From the human T2T-CHM13v2.0 reference genome, Homo sapiens: DNA of 64,000 bases. The stretch lies in the NCBI RefSeq assembly GCF_009914755.1, contig NC_060945.1; one strand, written 5' to 3'. A program made the translations under genes and the position numbers. Of this stretch, positions 41,506 to 55,779 are shown in pieces. The notes beneath the pieces are model-generated. The model searched no databases and was not told where the DNA came from. It saw nothing but the letters and a program-made list of their open reading frames with translations. Numbering within the stretch: position 1 is the stretch's first letter; each line of letters starts with the position of its first letter.

Positions 41506-43700
41506 TGATGGCAGCAGCAGGCTGTCTGGAGCAGCCGCTACCACCATGCCTGCTGCAGTGAAGAGGTGCAAGCATAGGGGGTGGGATCGGCTGTGGGGGG
41601 ACCACTGTGCCCTGCGTCCCCTGTGCCCTGCATCCCCAAGGCAGCCAACTGGGCTGCCCCCACCTTCGTGTGGCCAGGCGGGACCCACCTCCAGGCCCAG
41701 AGCCTCAGTTCCTCCAGACCCTGGCCCAGCATTGCCAATCTCACCTGCTGCCACTGCAGGGAGGGTGTCGGAAGAGGTGGACAGTTCCTGGAACCCACTG
41801 CCCTGGGGGCCATCACAATGGGGCTGGGTCGAGTTGCCCACCAGCTGTGAAGCAGCAGGTTGGACAGAGAGGGGCCCTGAGGTGAAGCTGGGCACAGGAC
41901 AGTGCCCTGCTTGCACAAAGAGTGTGGGTTCTCTGGGCTGTATATGCCCTGCTTGGGGGACCTGGCCAGTGGTGCAGTCACTGTGCCCATTCCAAGGGTT
42001 CTGGGTTTCTCCATCTCAGGAGCAGGCTCTGTGCAGGGCCACCTGGGGCCATGTCCCCAGGGTCCACCTGGCATTGGGGTGATCTTCAGGCCTGATACTC
42101 CTGATGTCCAGGCCTGAGGCCTGCAATCCACTCTTGGAGGTGCCCCATGGCAGGGCTGCGAGCCAGGCAGGACCAGAGCCTCACTGCAGTCTGAACTCCT
42201 GGGGGCCTGGGAAGGTCCCCTGCTACCCCCACAGGCTTGGGTGTTTCTGCTCCCTCTGCCTGGCTCTCCCCATTCCTGGCACCTGCACCAAACTTGGATT
42301 AAAGTTGGGGCCAAGGCCGGGTGTTGTCACAGCCTGGCCAGGTGTGCACACACTCAGGGCAGCACTGACATGCCAGGTCCCTGCCATCTTAGACTCCCTC
42401 CATATTTTGAGCACTGATGAGTGCAGGGGAGGCAGGGCAAGCCAATGGGGAACTAAGGGCAGCTCAGCACTGGCCTTCAGGCACCCCAGGGTGTGAGCAG
42501 TGTGGGTGCCATGGATGGGGGCAGGAGCTAGACAGGCTCCTGGGCAGAAGAGGGTAGGTCCCTAGTGAAGCCCCACCTTCAGGCCAGGTAGGGCTTGAAG
42601 TCTGGGGCCTGGGCTGTTAGCCCTGTGGAACAAAGTGGGAACTCACGGTGCCTTTACTAGGCCTGCGTCTGGCCTCCCATGGACCAGTTGGCATGCACTT
42701 CCTCCCCTCTGAGGCCCATAAAAGCCCCAGGCTCAGCCAGAGCTGAGTGGAGGGTGGAGAGAGGACAGGACAACAAGCTGCAGAGAGGAGCTACCCTCTC
42801 TGCTGAGAGCTGCAGAGATGACTGGACGACTTGCCTGCAGAGGTGAGCCACCCACTCTAGGGCCTCCTCTCTGCAAAGAACTGCAGATGATGGGATGATC
42901 AGCTGCAGAGAGGAGCTATCCTCTCTGCTGAGAACTGAGCACTTGTTTGGGTGATCTGCCTGCAGAGAGGAGCTACCCTGTCTGCTATGAGCTGAACACT
43001 TGTTGGGGACACCCTGGCTATAAAAAGGAGCTGCCCATTGCAGGTCTCCTCTGAGCTGTTCTGTTGCTCAGTAAAGCTCCTCTTTGTCTTGCTCACCCTC
43101 CACTTGTCTGTGTACCTCATTCTTCCTGGTTACAGGACAAGAACTCAGGAACTTCCAAATGGAAGACTAACAGAGCTGTAACACAAACAGAGCTAAACAT
43201 GCCCCTTGCTCACCATGCTGCAGAAGAAGAGAAGGAGAGAAGAGCTGCAGTCCTTCAGGGAGCCCAGACCTGGGAGATCCCTGAGCCAAGGCTGTGACTC
43301 CCTCTTTGGGGCTTTGTAGTTCCGGGTGCCTCCAAGCTTCTGGGTGCCACTGCATTCCCTGGGGCCAGATTGGGAAGCTGCTTGTGGTGCACCTGGTCCA
43401 GCCACAGCCTCATAGAGAGCTGGCTTCTATGCTGAGACCTGGATCTGCCAACCCCACAGCAGCAGCATGTCTGCTGCACAGTGGCCAGACCCCATGTTCA
43501 CACACACACCCAGTGCTGCTCCATGCCTGACTCCAGTCTCCCTTGGAGGTGTGGGATCCAAACTGATAGCATGAACTGAGTGCAGCCTGCTAGGGTGAGT
43601 GGATGGAACTAGTCCAGCCAGCCTGAGCAAAACTGGGGCAAAGGTGCCATCGGCCACAGGTTTCTGGCTAGAAAAGAGACACCCCAAAGATTCCATAACA
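41506..43700 (+). mobile_element. MER52 (MER52D-length, ~2.2 kb) ERV1 solo LTR
   Basis: Starts tgatggcagcagcaggctgtctggagcagccgc, ends ccaaagattccataaca; internal ctgcagagaggagctaccct repeats; homologous in reverse to 4642-6278. Confidence 0.88.
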
Positions 43701-45463
43701 ATGTCACTATAAAACAAACAACTCAACCTTACATTAAATTCTTCCTTAACTCCTCCATAACATCCACTTTTCCTCTGTCAAATTAAAGTTCTGGAAACTT
43801 TTTTATGGCAAACCATGATTGATGAAGCTCCTGTCTCCCAAATTTTCATGGTGATAATTTATATTTATTAATATATGTTATTTGTAGACTCTCCCTGAGA
43901 TTTATGTCTTCACCTTCTTCTACATTTCACTGAGACATCTGCTTAAATAAGTCTTTGGAGCCCTTTGTTTATTGTTAGATATTTTTAGAGACCACATTAA
44001 CGTATTAAGACTAATAAAATTATTTTTACTAAACACTGCCTAAAAGCCCCAAACCATGTAATTCCATCTGAAAGAGAATAAAAATCACTTTTGCATTACA
44101 CAAGTCACAACTTACTTGATTGCCTATTGCCACTTTAAAGCTGATTAACTTGTTCATTTTTATTCTGGAATTTTCTAGATGGTAGATAAATGGCATGGAT
44201 TTTTAAGTGTCCTTCACTCTATTTCAGAGTCACTATTTGGTACAATCCTTGAAAGAGAGCATTTTTATATTGGCAATTATCCCCATATATCATTGAACTT
44301 AATCTTTGGGAATTGAAACTCAATCATTTTTTCATATGACTATTAATTGTATTTGTTCAAGATACTGTAATTTAAGAAGAGTGAAATTTTGTGAAACATG
44401 ATAATTTCTACTTAAAATACATTCATTATTCAGCTAATAATGAAAAAACAGGAGTGTTTGCTCTTCTTGCTAACATTTTGAGAATTCTATTCACATATCC
44501 CACTAGTAATGTACCTTTGTTATTATAAACTATGATTACTGAAGGACTTGAGTTTGAAGCAGCACACTGACAAAGGGAATGGCAATTGTTTTTGCATGTG
44601 CTCTGTGTTTGATTTGGATCCCAATCACTTGAAGCATGGGCTTGTGTTATGAACACAAGCAGATTCAGTATTCAACATCCTAATGCAGTAAAAACAAAAT
44701 CACATTCATGTAAAGTGGAGATGTTTCAAGAAGTATGTGATCTCTTATGTGGCAGTTTGAAATCTTGGCCATGATATTCAGGGCTCCCTTTAGAACAGAG
44801 TAGTAGACAGATCATCTCTCTGTAGAATTCATTATTACGAAATGGAACATTATTTGTTGGGGAGTGATACTAAGTCCTGATCTTGAATAAAAACTGAAGC
44901 AATTTCGTTGGCACAATATGGATTTTCCATGAGTCTGTTTTTTAGATAATGCATTCTGCAGGATCAAGATGAGACTGCATTAGGTACTTCATGTAAAGCA
45001 AGAAAAATTTGTGTTTTACTATATTTCCAAACATACTAATATTTGGAATAGGAATATAGCTCTTGGGAAAAATAGTTCTGGTTATTTAATATACGAAGTT
45101 TGAAAATCAATAGAAAGTAAACCAAGTCATGTGTTGTAAAATGTATTAAAATTATTTTTTCTATATTTTAATCCAAAAGCAATGGTTTTCTTTGTTAAAC
45201 AAAAATATGGACAACACAGAAAAGGACCAGGTATAAAGTAAAATTTAAACATACTCTGACACAGAAAGAGCACTACTATAAAGTTATGATATTGTTTTAT
45301 AGTATTTTTTCTTCTGTCTATAGTACACACATATATACATTAATAATTTATGGATTTGGGGGGACACTGTAAATAATGGATATTTTGAATTATTTGGATT
45401 CATTTGCCATTTATTCCCTTCCTAATGAGTCTGAATTTCCTATTTCAATATCACCTTATCATT

Positions 45464-45799
45464 GTGTATTGTCTTGGTGGAATCCTAAATTAAGAAGCCT
45501 TTTCCATCCCCAACCAAGGAACTGACAACTGACCCAAGACAGAGCAATTAAGTCTCTCCCAAGATTGTGGATCTTGAGTGAAGTGACAGAAAGATGGGTG
45601 GGATGGAGGTGGAGGATACAAAACATGGGGGGCTCATTTGTCTCCACAGATAAGATGGAAAACATGGTTGAGTAGTTTTCTGCTCTATTTCCTGATTTAT
45701 GTCTTACCCTGCTTCTTGGATTTCTTTGTCTATATTCTCTTGCCTACTTGAGCCAAAGCTGGGTTTTGTGCTTACAACCAAAAAACTCTACCTTATACA
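45464..45799 (+). mobile_element. Ancient ERVL/MaLR LTR fragment
   Basis: 3' end gctgggttttgtgcttacaaccaaaaaactctaccttataca. Confidence 0.55.
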
Positions 45800-45849
45800 T
45801 TCAGCACACATTTTTTTAAACTTGCTTATTTCACATCTATATGTTTTGA

Positions 45850-47350
45850 CTCTAGCATATACATATATTTTTGCCACAATAAATTGTACTACAGTGCACA
45901 TCTTTAGATATAAATATTCACATACAACACTGATGATTTCTATAGGTTAAATTTCTAGAAATAGAATTACTAATCATAGTATGCTCATTTTTTAAGTCTT
46001 TTTATTTATATTGACCAGTTGTACCAAAAAATTGTTATGCCAATCATGAGAACGTCAACCTCTCTATATTCTTTCCAAAATTTTTACCTTATTGCCAATT
46101 TGATAAGAAAAATACTTTATATCTTAAATTTTCATTCTTAATTGTTAGTAAGTTGAAAACATTCTTTTTTCAGTCATAAAGTGTCTTCTATGAATTATTT
46201 TCTGTAAATATTTTTACCTATTTTTTTACTGCTCAATGTGTTTCCATTTTATTTATTTGTAAGAGCTCTTTATATGTTAAAGACATTAAATTTTAGATAA
46301 AATATATTTCAAATATTTTTATAATTTGTCATTCAACTTAATATGTTAAGTATTTTTGGCATATAAGAACTTAATTTAATAATCAAACTTTTTAATCACT
46401 TCCTTTTATGTTTCTTATCATAACTGATGGTCATTGAAAAGCCTCCCTACCAAAACTGCATAGATATTCATATTTATGAAATTGAAACAATGTTTGCTCA
46501 TTTTAAAATTAATTTTACCTTACTTGACAATTATTTTAAAATATCACATGAGGTGGCAATTTCATGTTATTCTTTATAACTGCTTAATTAGATATCCCAA
46601 TATGTATCTATTGATTACATGTAAATAATAAGTTTTGAATAATTATTCCTTTCTAATTTATTTAAAATGTCCTCTTTATCATATAGTGCTTTACTATACA
46701 AAATATGTCCCAGAGAGCAAGACCATTAGAATCACTTAGGAGTTTATTAGAAGTGTAGAGTGTTAGACTTCATCCAGCTCTACTGAATCTGGATTTAAAC
46801 TATATATGAATAATTGCAGGTACATTGTTTAAGAGCAGTGGTTTAATTCTCATGTATTCCTAAGTTATTTACAAGCCAATTAATTTTCTTTTAGTGTTCC
46901 TCATTATTTTTAATTTGTAAGAAGTGGCTGTTTTTCTTGTTTATTCTTTGTGATATATTCCTAACACACTGAAAACATTTTGTTTCAATTAGAAATAGAT
47001 CTCAATTTACAGGGTCATTTCAAGGTCTATTGAGATGATTATATCATTTTTATTTGATGCATAGACATGACATAGAGCACTAATACATTTTTATAAATTA
47101 AACCAATGGTGCCTTTAAAGGATAAAATCTATTCGGTCATAATTTTTGTTTTATAAAATCTTCTAGAGTTTCTAGTGTTTTCTTTAAGTTTAAAAACCCT
47201 TTCTTCACACAAGTAGGACTGGTCTGTAGATCTTTCGTTGCATTATGTGCACATTTGTGTGTGTTTGTGTGCATGTACGTGTGCGTGTCATTGCCAGATT
47301 TCATTGTCAGGGTTACACAGGCTTGATAATAGGAATTGTGACATTTTTCA
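45850..47350 (-). mobile_element. L1ME-type ORF2 remnants
   Basis: tttgtaagagctctttatatgttaaagacattaa; tctattgagatgattatatcattttt. Confidence 0.65.
46684..46841. mobile_element. MER5A-like hAT MITE
   Basis: cattagaatcacttaggagtttattagaagtgtaga...ctactgaatc...tttaagagcagtg. Confidence 0.65.
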
Positions 47351-47369
47351 TCTTTCACTATGTTTTCTC

Positions 47370-47740
47370 CAGCATTTTATTGAAAAAAATTTAACCATGT
47401 ACAAAAGTAGAAGGAATTGTATAGGAATACTCATATACCCACTACCTAGATTCTACAATTAACATTTCTTCTAGTTGTGTTATCAGTTGTTTGTGCATAT
47501 ATCTATCCTTTTATGCATACTGTGTGTATCTTATGCATTTCAAAATAAGTTGCACATATTCAGTACACTTTCCCACTAACCAGGTCAGCACATATTTTAC
47601 TAAATAAAGTTTAATATTTGTCTACTGCTTTTCCTACTGAGCAACATTTATATACGATGTAATGCATATCTCTCAATTGTTCCATTCAATGAGTTTTGAC
47701 AAATTCATAAGCCTGTGTAACTCAATCTTTTGTCATAATC
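47370..47740 (-). mobile_element. L1MC/MD-type 3' end
   Basis: ttttattgaaaaaaatttaaccatgtacaaaagtagaagga; ttcaatgagttttgacaaattcata. Confidence 0.6.
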
Positions 47741-47749
47741 ACAACTCTC

Positions 47750-48201
47750 GTACATTGTTCATAAGAGAATAAAATATTACAACTACTCTAAAAAAAAAAA
47801 CTCTCTGCAGTTGCTCATGAAACTAAACCTTATCACCTAGTAGTTCAACTCTTAGTTACTTCCCAAGATAAATGAAACATCAGGTCCACAAAAAGACTTT
47901 ACAGGAGAGTTCATGCCAGTTTTATTTATATTAGCTGAAAACCAGAAATGGCCCATATGTCCATCAACAGAATAGACAAACTGTAGAACGAAATGTTACT
48001 AGAAATTTTAAAAATATGAACTACTGATATATACAACAAGAATTAATCTCGAAACTTTTTTGCTAAGCATGAGACTTATGAAAGAGTACATGTTGTGTAA
48101 TTCCACTTATATGAAAACAAGCAAAATAAATCTGTGGTGGAAAAAAATTTAAAATATTAGTTGCCTCTTGTGGGCAGGAAGAGAATGACTAAAAAGAGAC
48201 A
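47750..48201 (+). mobile_element. L1ME/MD-type 3' region, truncated at 48201
   Basis: gtccacaaaaagactt, atgtccatcaacagaatagacaaactg, aagagtacatgttgtgtaattccacttatatgaaa. Confidence 0.75.
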
Positions 48202-48202
48202 C

Positions 48203-51044
48203 TAGTGACTAGTATTGATATGTGTGGATTTGATCCTGTCATTATGCTGTCTGCTGGTTATGATGTTGGTTTGTTTGTGTGGCAGCTTTATAGTGACACT
48301 GGTCTGTGTGTTTAAGTGTGTTTTTGTATTAGCTGGTAGCAACCTTTTTTCTATATTTAGTGCTCCTTTCAAGATCTCTTGTAAAACAGATCTGTTGGTA
48401 ATAGATTCTCTTAACATTTGCTTATCTGAAAAGGATCTTTCTCCTTCACTTAGGAAGTTTAGTTTGGCTAAAGTGAAATTATTGGTTGAAGATTTTTTTC
48501 TTTAAGAATGTTAAATATAGGTCCCCAATATCTTCTGGTTTGTAGGGTTTCAGCTGAGATATCTGCTGTTAGCCTGATGAAGTTCCCTTTGTAGGTGATG
48601 TCTCCTTTCTCTCTAGCTGCCTTTAACATTCTTTTTTTTTTCACTTTGACCTTGGAAAATATGATGATTATGTTTCTTGAGAATGATCTTCTTGTATAGA
48701 ATCGTGCAGGAGTTCTCTGTATTTCCTGAATTAGACTGTTGGCCTCTCTAGCAAGGTTGGGGACATTATCATGGGTGTTACCCTAAATTATGTCTTCCAA
48801 GTTTTTTGCTTTCTCTCCCTCCCTTTCAGTGATGCCAATGATTCATAGATTTGGCTTCTTTAAATAATTCCATACTTCTCAGAAGTTTTGTTTCTTCCTT
48901 TTTATTTTTTTTTATCTTTGTCTGACTGTCTTATTTCAGTGAACCAGTCTTCAGGTTCTGAGATTATTTCCTCAGCTTGGTTTATTCTGCTGTTAATGCT
49001 TGTGATCACATTGTGAAACTCTTGTATTGTGTTATTCAGCTGTGTGAAATCCATTAGATTCTTTTTTCTACTAACTTATCCCTCACCTCATGTGTTGCTT
49101 TATTATGATTCTTATTTTCCTTGGACTGAGCTTTGTCATCCTCCTGAATCTCAATAATCTTTCTTCCTACCTATTTCTGTCATTTCGGCCAGTTTAGCCT
49201 AATTAAGAACTCTTATTGGAGAACTGGTGCAGTTGTTTGGAGGACATATGACACTCTAGCCCTTTGAGCTGTTGGAGTTCTTATGTTGGTTCTTTCTCAT
49301 CTCTGCATGTGGGTGTTCCTTTAACTTCAGTGTAGATTAAGTATAGTAAATAGACTTATTTTCTGGATGTTTTCACTGAGCTGAGGCTTTGTGCAGGGTT
49401 TTTATTTGAAGCTGACTTCTGTCTCTTGTTTCAGAATGGAGTATGTTAGTGAGGTATTTTTGGTGTTGAAGCTGCGGAATCCAGCAGGTGGTATTTAGGC
49501 TTATTGTTCAGTTGGTAGACTCTTGCTTGATTCTGTGGTTCTCCTATGTTTCTTCACAGTTGCAGCTGTGCTCCCTCTCAGTGCTCTGAAAGTGTGGGTT
49601 CTTCTTTCCCTTGCGTGCTGGCTGTAGATCCCAGCTTAGCACTCCTAGGTTGACCAGTGCAGCTCTGAGGCAATCACAGTGGTTATATTCTTTCCCCAAT
49701 TTGGAGGCAACAGAGGAAGGAACCTTAGTAGTGGTTGTGGCCAAGGGTCATTTGCTTATCTCCTGAGGGCTCCACCCCAGAGAGATTCAGGCCATTAATT
49801 ACTCAGTGTAATCAGCCCAGGATGGAGGGTCTGTGCTGTGGTCCCAAGCCAGGGGTCTGCTGATAGGCAGTAGGATGTGTGTGACCCATGAGAGATGGAC
49901 TGGCCTCCTTTCCTTGGGTCAACTGCAACTTATTGGAGATGTGGATAAACCACTTAGGTTTTCTGCCTCTTCATTAGTGCAAGGGTGGCAAGGGCAGTAG
50001 CAGAGAGGCTTTCAGTTGCCCCTGAAGGCTCTGTCCAGGGAGTTGGTGAGTTTGCTGCTGGCTCAATAGCTCTGGCAGGGGGCGGCTGGAGGCCTAGGCC
50101 TGGAGGACCTGCGTGGTGAGGAGATATAAGAACAACCACCCACCTAACAATCTGGCTAATTTTCCACAGGGTTGCTGCAGTATGTTGGGGGCCCATTCCA
50201 GTCTCTAGTCACCTCAAATTTTTCAGTACCTGGCAATATCAACAGTGAGGCCTACAAAACAGCAAAGATGGCAGCCTGCCCCTCCTTCTGGGAGCTTCAT
50301 CCCAGGGACATTCATCCCTGTTGCTGGCTTAAACACACCTGTAGGAGGGGGCTGGAGACGCCAGTTAGGAGATCTCTCCTAGTAAGGAGGAACGGGATTG
50401 GGGACCTGCTTCAAAAAACAGTCTGGCCATGTTTTAGTGGAGCATCTGTGCTGTGCTGGGGGTCCACTTCAACCCCCAGTCACCTTGCACACTCCAAAGC
50501 CTGAAGACTGGAACGGCTAAGTCGCCCAAACAGCAACAATGATGGCCTGCCCCTCCCTCTGGGAGCTCTATCCCAGGGAGGTTACAAATCTCTGTCAGCT
50601 GGAGAACACCAGCGGGGTGGTTGGAGGCCCTGGTTGGGAGGTCCTGCCCAGTGAGGAGAAATAGGATTTGGGACCCACTTAAAGGAGCAATCTGGCTATG
50701 TTTTCATAGAGCAGCAGTGCTGTACTGGGGTATTTCTGCCCCCAGTCAGCTCAGACTCTCCAAACCCTGAAGGCTGGAGTGGCTAAGTTGCCCAAACAGC
50801 AAAGATGGCAACCTGGCCCACCCTCTGGGGAGCTCCCTCTCAGGGAGGTGCAAAGCTGCTACCAGTGGCTGGCTAGAATTGCACGCCAGTGGGTCTTATC
50901 CTGTGAGGTACTGTCAAAGTGGGGCCTGCCAGGTGTTCCTACTCAGGCCCCTGGATTCAGTCTCTTTCCTAGGGGTATGTACAGAGGCCTCACCTCCCAC
51001 TTTGCTGGAGCTGCAGCTACTTTTGCCAGTAAAAATGCTGAAAA
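48203..51044 (-). mobile_element. L1PA15/16-like fragment: partial 5'UTR, ORF1 and first codons of ORF2
   Basis: Minus strand near 48243 reads atgacaggatcaaatccacacatatcaata (ORF2 start MTGSNPHISI); ORF1 remnants; 5'UTR with ~268-bp repeated units. Confidence 0.85.
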
Positions 51045-51294
51045 GCAAGTGATTCAATAAAAGGACAATTCATTTAAAGCTAATGTCATAGAACAATTTG
51101 AATGTGAAATTGAATTGGCAAAGAAATAAATAAGACCAAGAGGCAAAACGTGAGTTACTTTCCTGCTTCTACTGATTCAGGGCTTCACTATGGATTTTAA
51201 AAATATTTTACTTAAGTATTGCAAATTCCCAAGAAATGTACACCAGTGCTCAAAAGCAAGTACAAGAATAAAATCTACTCTAAAATATTATTTA

Positions 51295-53290
51295 TTAAAC
51301 TGAAAATATTCTTTCCAAAATCAGGATTAAGACATGAATGTCTGCTCCTGTCATTCTATTAAACGTTATATTTGAGGTTCCAGTTAGGTCAATTCAACAA
51401 GACAAAGAAATACAAATGAAGTTAGGCAGATTGAAAAGAAAAAAGTAAAAGTACCTGTATTTGCAGATGACATGATCTTAGATAGATAAACTCCTAGAAG
51501 TCCACAGAAGAAAAATATTAGAGCTAATAAATGAATTCAGCAAAGTTGTAGGATACAAGAACAATATATAAACATGAGTTGGATATTTAAACACTAGAAA
51601 TTAACAACCTGTAAGTAAAATTTGTACAAGTCCATTTATAATAGCATCATAAAGAATAAAACACATGAGAATTTTTCTGTCTTTTTTATAAAAAAATTAT
51701 AAATTCAAGGGAGTACATATGCAGTTTTGTTACATAGGTATATTGTCTAATGTTGAGGTTTGGGCTTCTAGTAAGCTTGTCTCCCAAATAGTAAACAGAG
51801 TACCTAATAGGTAGCTTTACAACTCTCAACCCATTCCTACTTTCCCATCTTTTGGAGTCTCCGTCTTTATGAACATGTGTAGTCATTATTTAGCTCTCAC
51901 TTATAAGAGGGAAGATGAGGTATTTGATTTTATGTTTCAGAGTTATTTCACTTAGGATAATGTCTTCCCATCCCATTCATGTTACTGGGAAAGACATAAT
52001 TTCATTAGTTTTTATGGCTACATAGTATTCTATGGTGTATGCATATTTTCTTTATCCACCATAAGGATAAATTTAACCAAAGAAGTGAAAGATTTGTACA
52101 CTGAAAATTATAAAACATTGTTGAAATAAATTAAATGTCTACATAAATAAAAAGACATCCTGGGTCATGGGCTTGAAGACCTAATATTGTTAAGGCAATC
52201 ACAATTCCAAATTTTTTCTGAAGATTCAACATAATCTCATCAATATTTCAACTGCTTCTTTTCTCTTTTCAAAAATGGACGAGATTATTCTAAAATTTAT
52301 ATGGAAATTCGAGGGACCCTGAATAGTCAAAACAATTTTGAAAACAAAAAAGAAAGTTGGGAGAATCCCACATCTCACTTTCAAATCTTACTACAAGGCT
52401 ACATTCATTAAGACAGTGAGGTAGTGGCATAATGACACACTCACAGACCCATGGGATAGAACTGAGAGTCCAAAACTAAATCCGTATGTCCATAGTCAAC
52501 TGATTCCCACAGAGTACCAAGGCCATGCAATGGAAAAACAAATAATATTTTCAACAAATAGTGCTGGAACAAATGAATAGCCACCTGCAGAAAAAAGAAA
52601 TTGGACCCCTGCTTCCTACCATACAAAAGAATTAACTCAAAATGGATCAAAGAGCTAAATATATAGTGTTCCATAACACTATCAGAAGAAAACATAGGTG
52701 TAAATCTGCAAAGTCTTGGACTAGAGAATAGTTTCTTAGATATGGCCACTAAAAGCATAAGTAATAATAACAAACAGTGCATAAATTTGACTATAATAAG
52801 TTTAAAACTTTTGTGCTTTAAATGACACTATCAAGAAAGCAAAAAGACAACCCACAGATTGGGAGGAAATATTTGCAAATTTTACAACTGTTAAGAGGTC
52901 TCGTATACAGAATACATAAAGAACACTTACAACCCAAAAATAAAAAGACAAGTAACCTAATCAAAAAATAAAGGATCAAAAGAGACATTTTTAGGGAAAA
53001 AAAAGATACAAAAACATCCATGATTAATTATTATGGAAACACAAATTAAACCTTTAATGAGAACCACACCACAATTATGAAGATGGCAATAATAATAATT
53101 TTTTTAAGGGCGAGAACAGGTGTTAGTGAGAATGTGGAGAAAGTGGAATGCTAATACACTGCTAGAAAGAACATAAAATATTGCAGTTACTATGGAAGAC
53201 AGTTTTGTTCATCAAAAAGTTAAACATAGAATTACCATATACTCCAGCAATTCCACTCCTAGTTATATACCGAAAAGAAATACAAACATG
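51295..53290 (+). mobile_element. L1MB-type ORF2 remnant
   Basis: tatttgcagatgacatgatc (FADD RT motif), gagctaataaatgaattcagcaaagttgtaggatacaag. Confidence 0.85.
51680..52059 (-). mobile_element. L1PB4-like 3' end nested in L1MB
   Basis: gtacatatgcagttttgttacataggtatattg...gaggtttgggcttctagt. Confidence 0.85.
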
Positions 53291-53294
53291 GTCG

Positions 53295-54373
<1,079 letters not shown>

Positions 54374-55276
54374 CATTATTTTTAAAATGGTGTGTTTTAT
54401 GTTATACAAATTATAGCTGAGTTAAAAAAAGAACTTTAAAAATCATTTATTTTGAGTTATACACTAATTCCAGTAATCTTTTCTGCCACTCTGTATATGA
54501 ATATTTTAAACTAATTGAGAGCTAAAGCACCTTTTTATTTCGAAGAATGGTCCTTCCTCAAAACACACTATTTAAAACCAATTCCCCATGGAGTGTCATT
54601 CTTCACTTGCAGAGAATATCTTTCTTAGTCTAAACTATGTGAATACAGACTCAGGTTCTCTTAACCTGTCCAAAACATTTGTAAGCTACTAACTAAAAAT
54701 TCAGCGATACATAGAATTAATTTTCTGGATGATTTCTGGTAGGTACCTATAATAATCAGCAGTAAACTGTTTCTCATCCATGTCTGTTACCTAAAGCCCT
54801 AATAAAATAAGTGTGCTATAGAGTGATAGAATTAGGGGAACCATCTCTTTTTTTACATTAAATATTATGAAAAATATTTTATCTAAGAAAGAGTGTTTTA
54901 AATGATTAAGATGAAAAAGATAAATACTCCATTAGTAATAATGGCTCAACTTTGCTCATTTTAACTAACAGCAGACAGAGTTCCCTCCTTAGAGATATCA
55001 ATATTTGAATGCTTTGGGGCAAAGGGAATAAGATAATAAAATTTAGATCCAAGTCTTACCCAAAGGCATCTACCTGTCCAAAAAAAAAAAAAAAAAAAAA
55101 CCTCTTGAGTCCCCCTTTTCCTCAGAAAAAAATTCCTAAACCTAAATGAAACCGATCACTTTTTCAGGGTTCCCACCTAAGGACGTAGCATGCCATAGTC
55201 ATCTCTCCTGTCTTGTTCTCCACTATCAGCCATATCCAATCCAACACTGTCTAGTGCATTCATTGCAATTTTATTG

Positions 55277-55751
55277 TTAGGTATAGTATGAATAAACTAA
55301 CAGTTAGTGTATTCCCTGATTGGTTGGGTCACTGTGGGAGACAGAGCCCATTATCGAAGGATAGAAACTGAGCAGGAGCAAATATTTTCTTTCCTTTCTT
55401 CCAGAGCCATCAAGTCACTGGCTCACAAATTAGGCTATGGAACATGGATTCCCCAGCTAGGTCTTTGACTCTTGAGATGTAAAGATGCAAAGATGCAAAA
55501 ACAGTTTGTGATTGTCCACAGTTGACATGGTGAGATTGAGAGTCCAGTGTGCTGTTCTTACCAGCCTATTCCTCTGGAATGACTTTGGCTGTTTTCTTGG
55601 CTACCTACTGTTCTTTTGTTCTCATGTGTTTTCCAACATCAATTTTCCCATTTCGCATCAATTCTGTTAGTGTCCTGATATCTTTCCAATAAATTCCTTA
55701 TCTGCTGGGGTTGGCTTCTGTTATTCTCAACCAAGAATCTTGATCAGCACA
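55277..55751 (+). mobile_element. LTR33-like ERVL LTR
   Basis: gatatctttccaataaattccttatctgct...ttctgttattctcaaccaagaatcttgatcagcaca. Confidence 0.65.
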
Positions 55752-55779
55752 ATTGCTAAAGACTTTCAGTTTTCTTTCC

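Noticed and set aside
42776-43045. Repeat-spacer-like array of ctgcagagaggagct units
   Set aside because: Intrinsic MER52 LTR repeats in a primate genome; spacers resemble one another; no cas genes, so not CRISPR
41464-43726. Long overlapping ORFs (up to 258 aa) on both strands
   Set aside because: They lie in a GC-rich MER52 LTR where stop codons are scarce; no domain-like sequence, and LTRs are non-coding
55080-55100. Isolated A21 run (also A17 at 39001) as a retrocopy tail
   Set aside because: No TSD, polyA signal or recognisable upstream mRNA/SINE body
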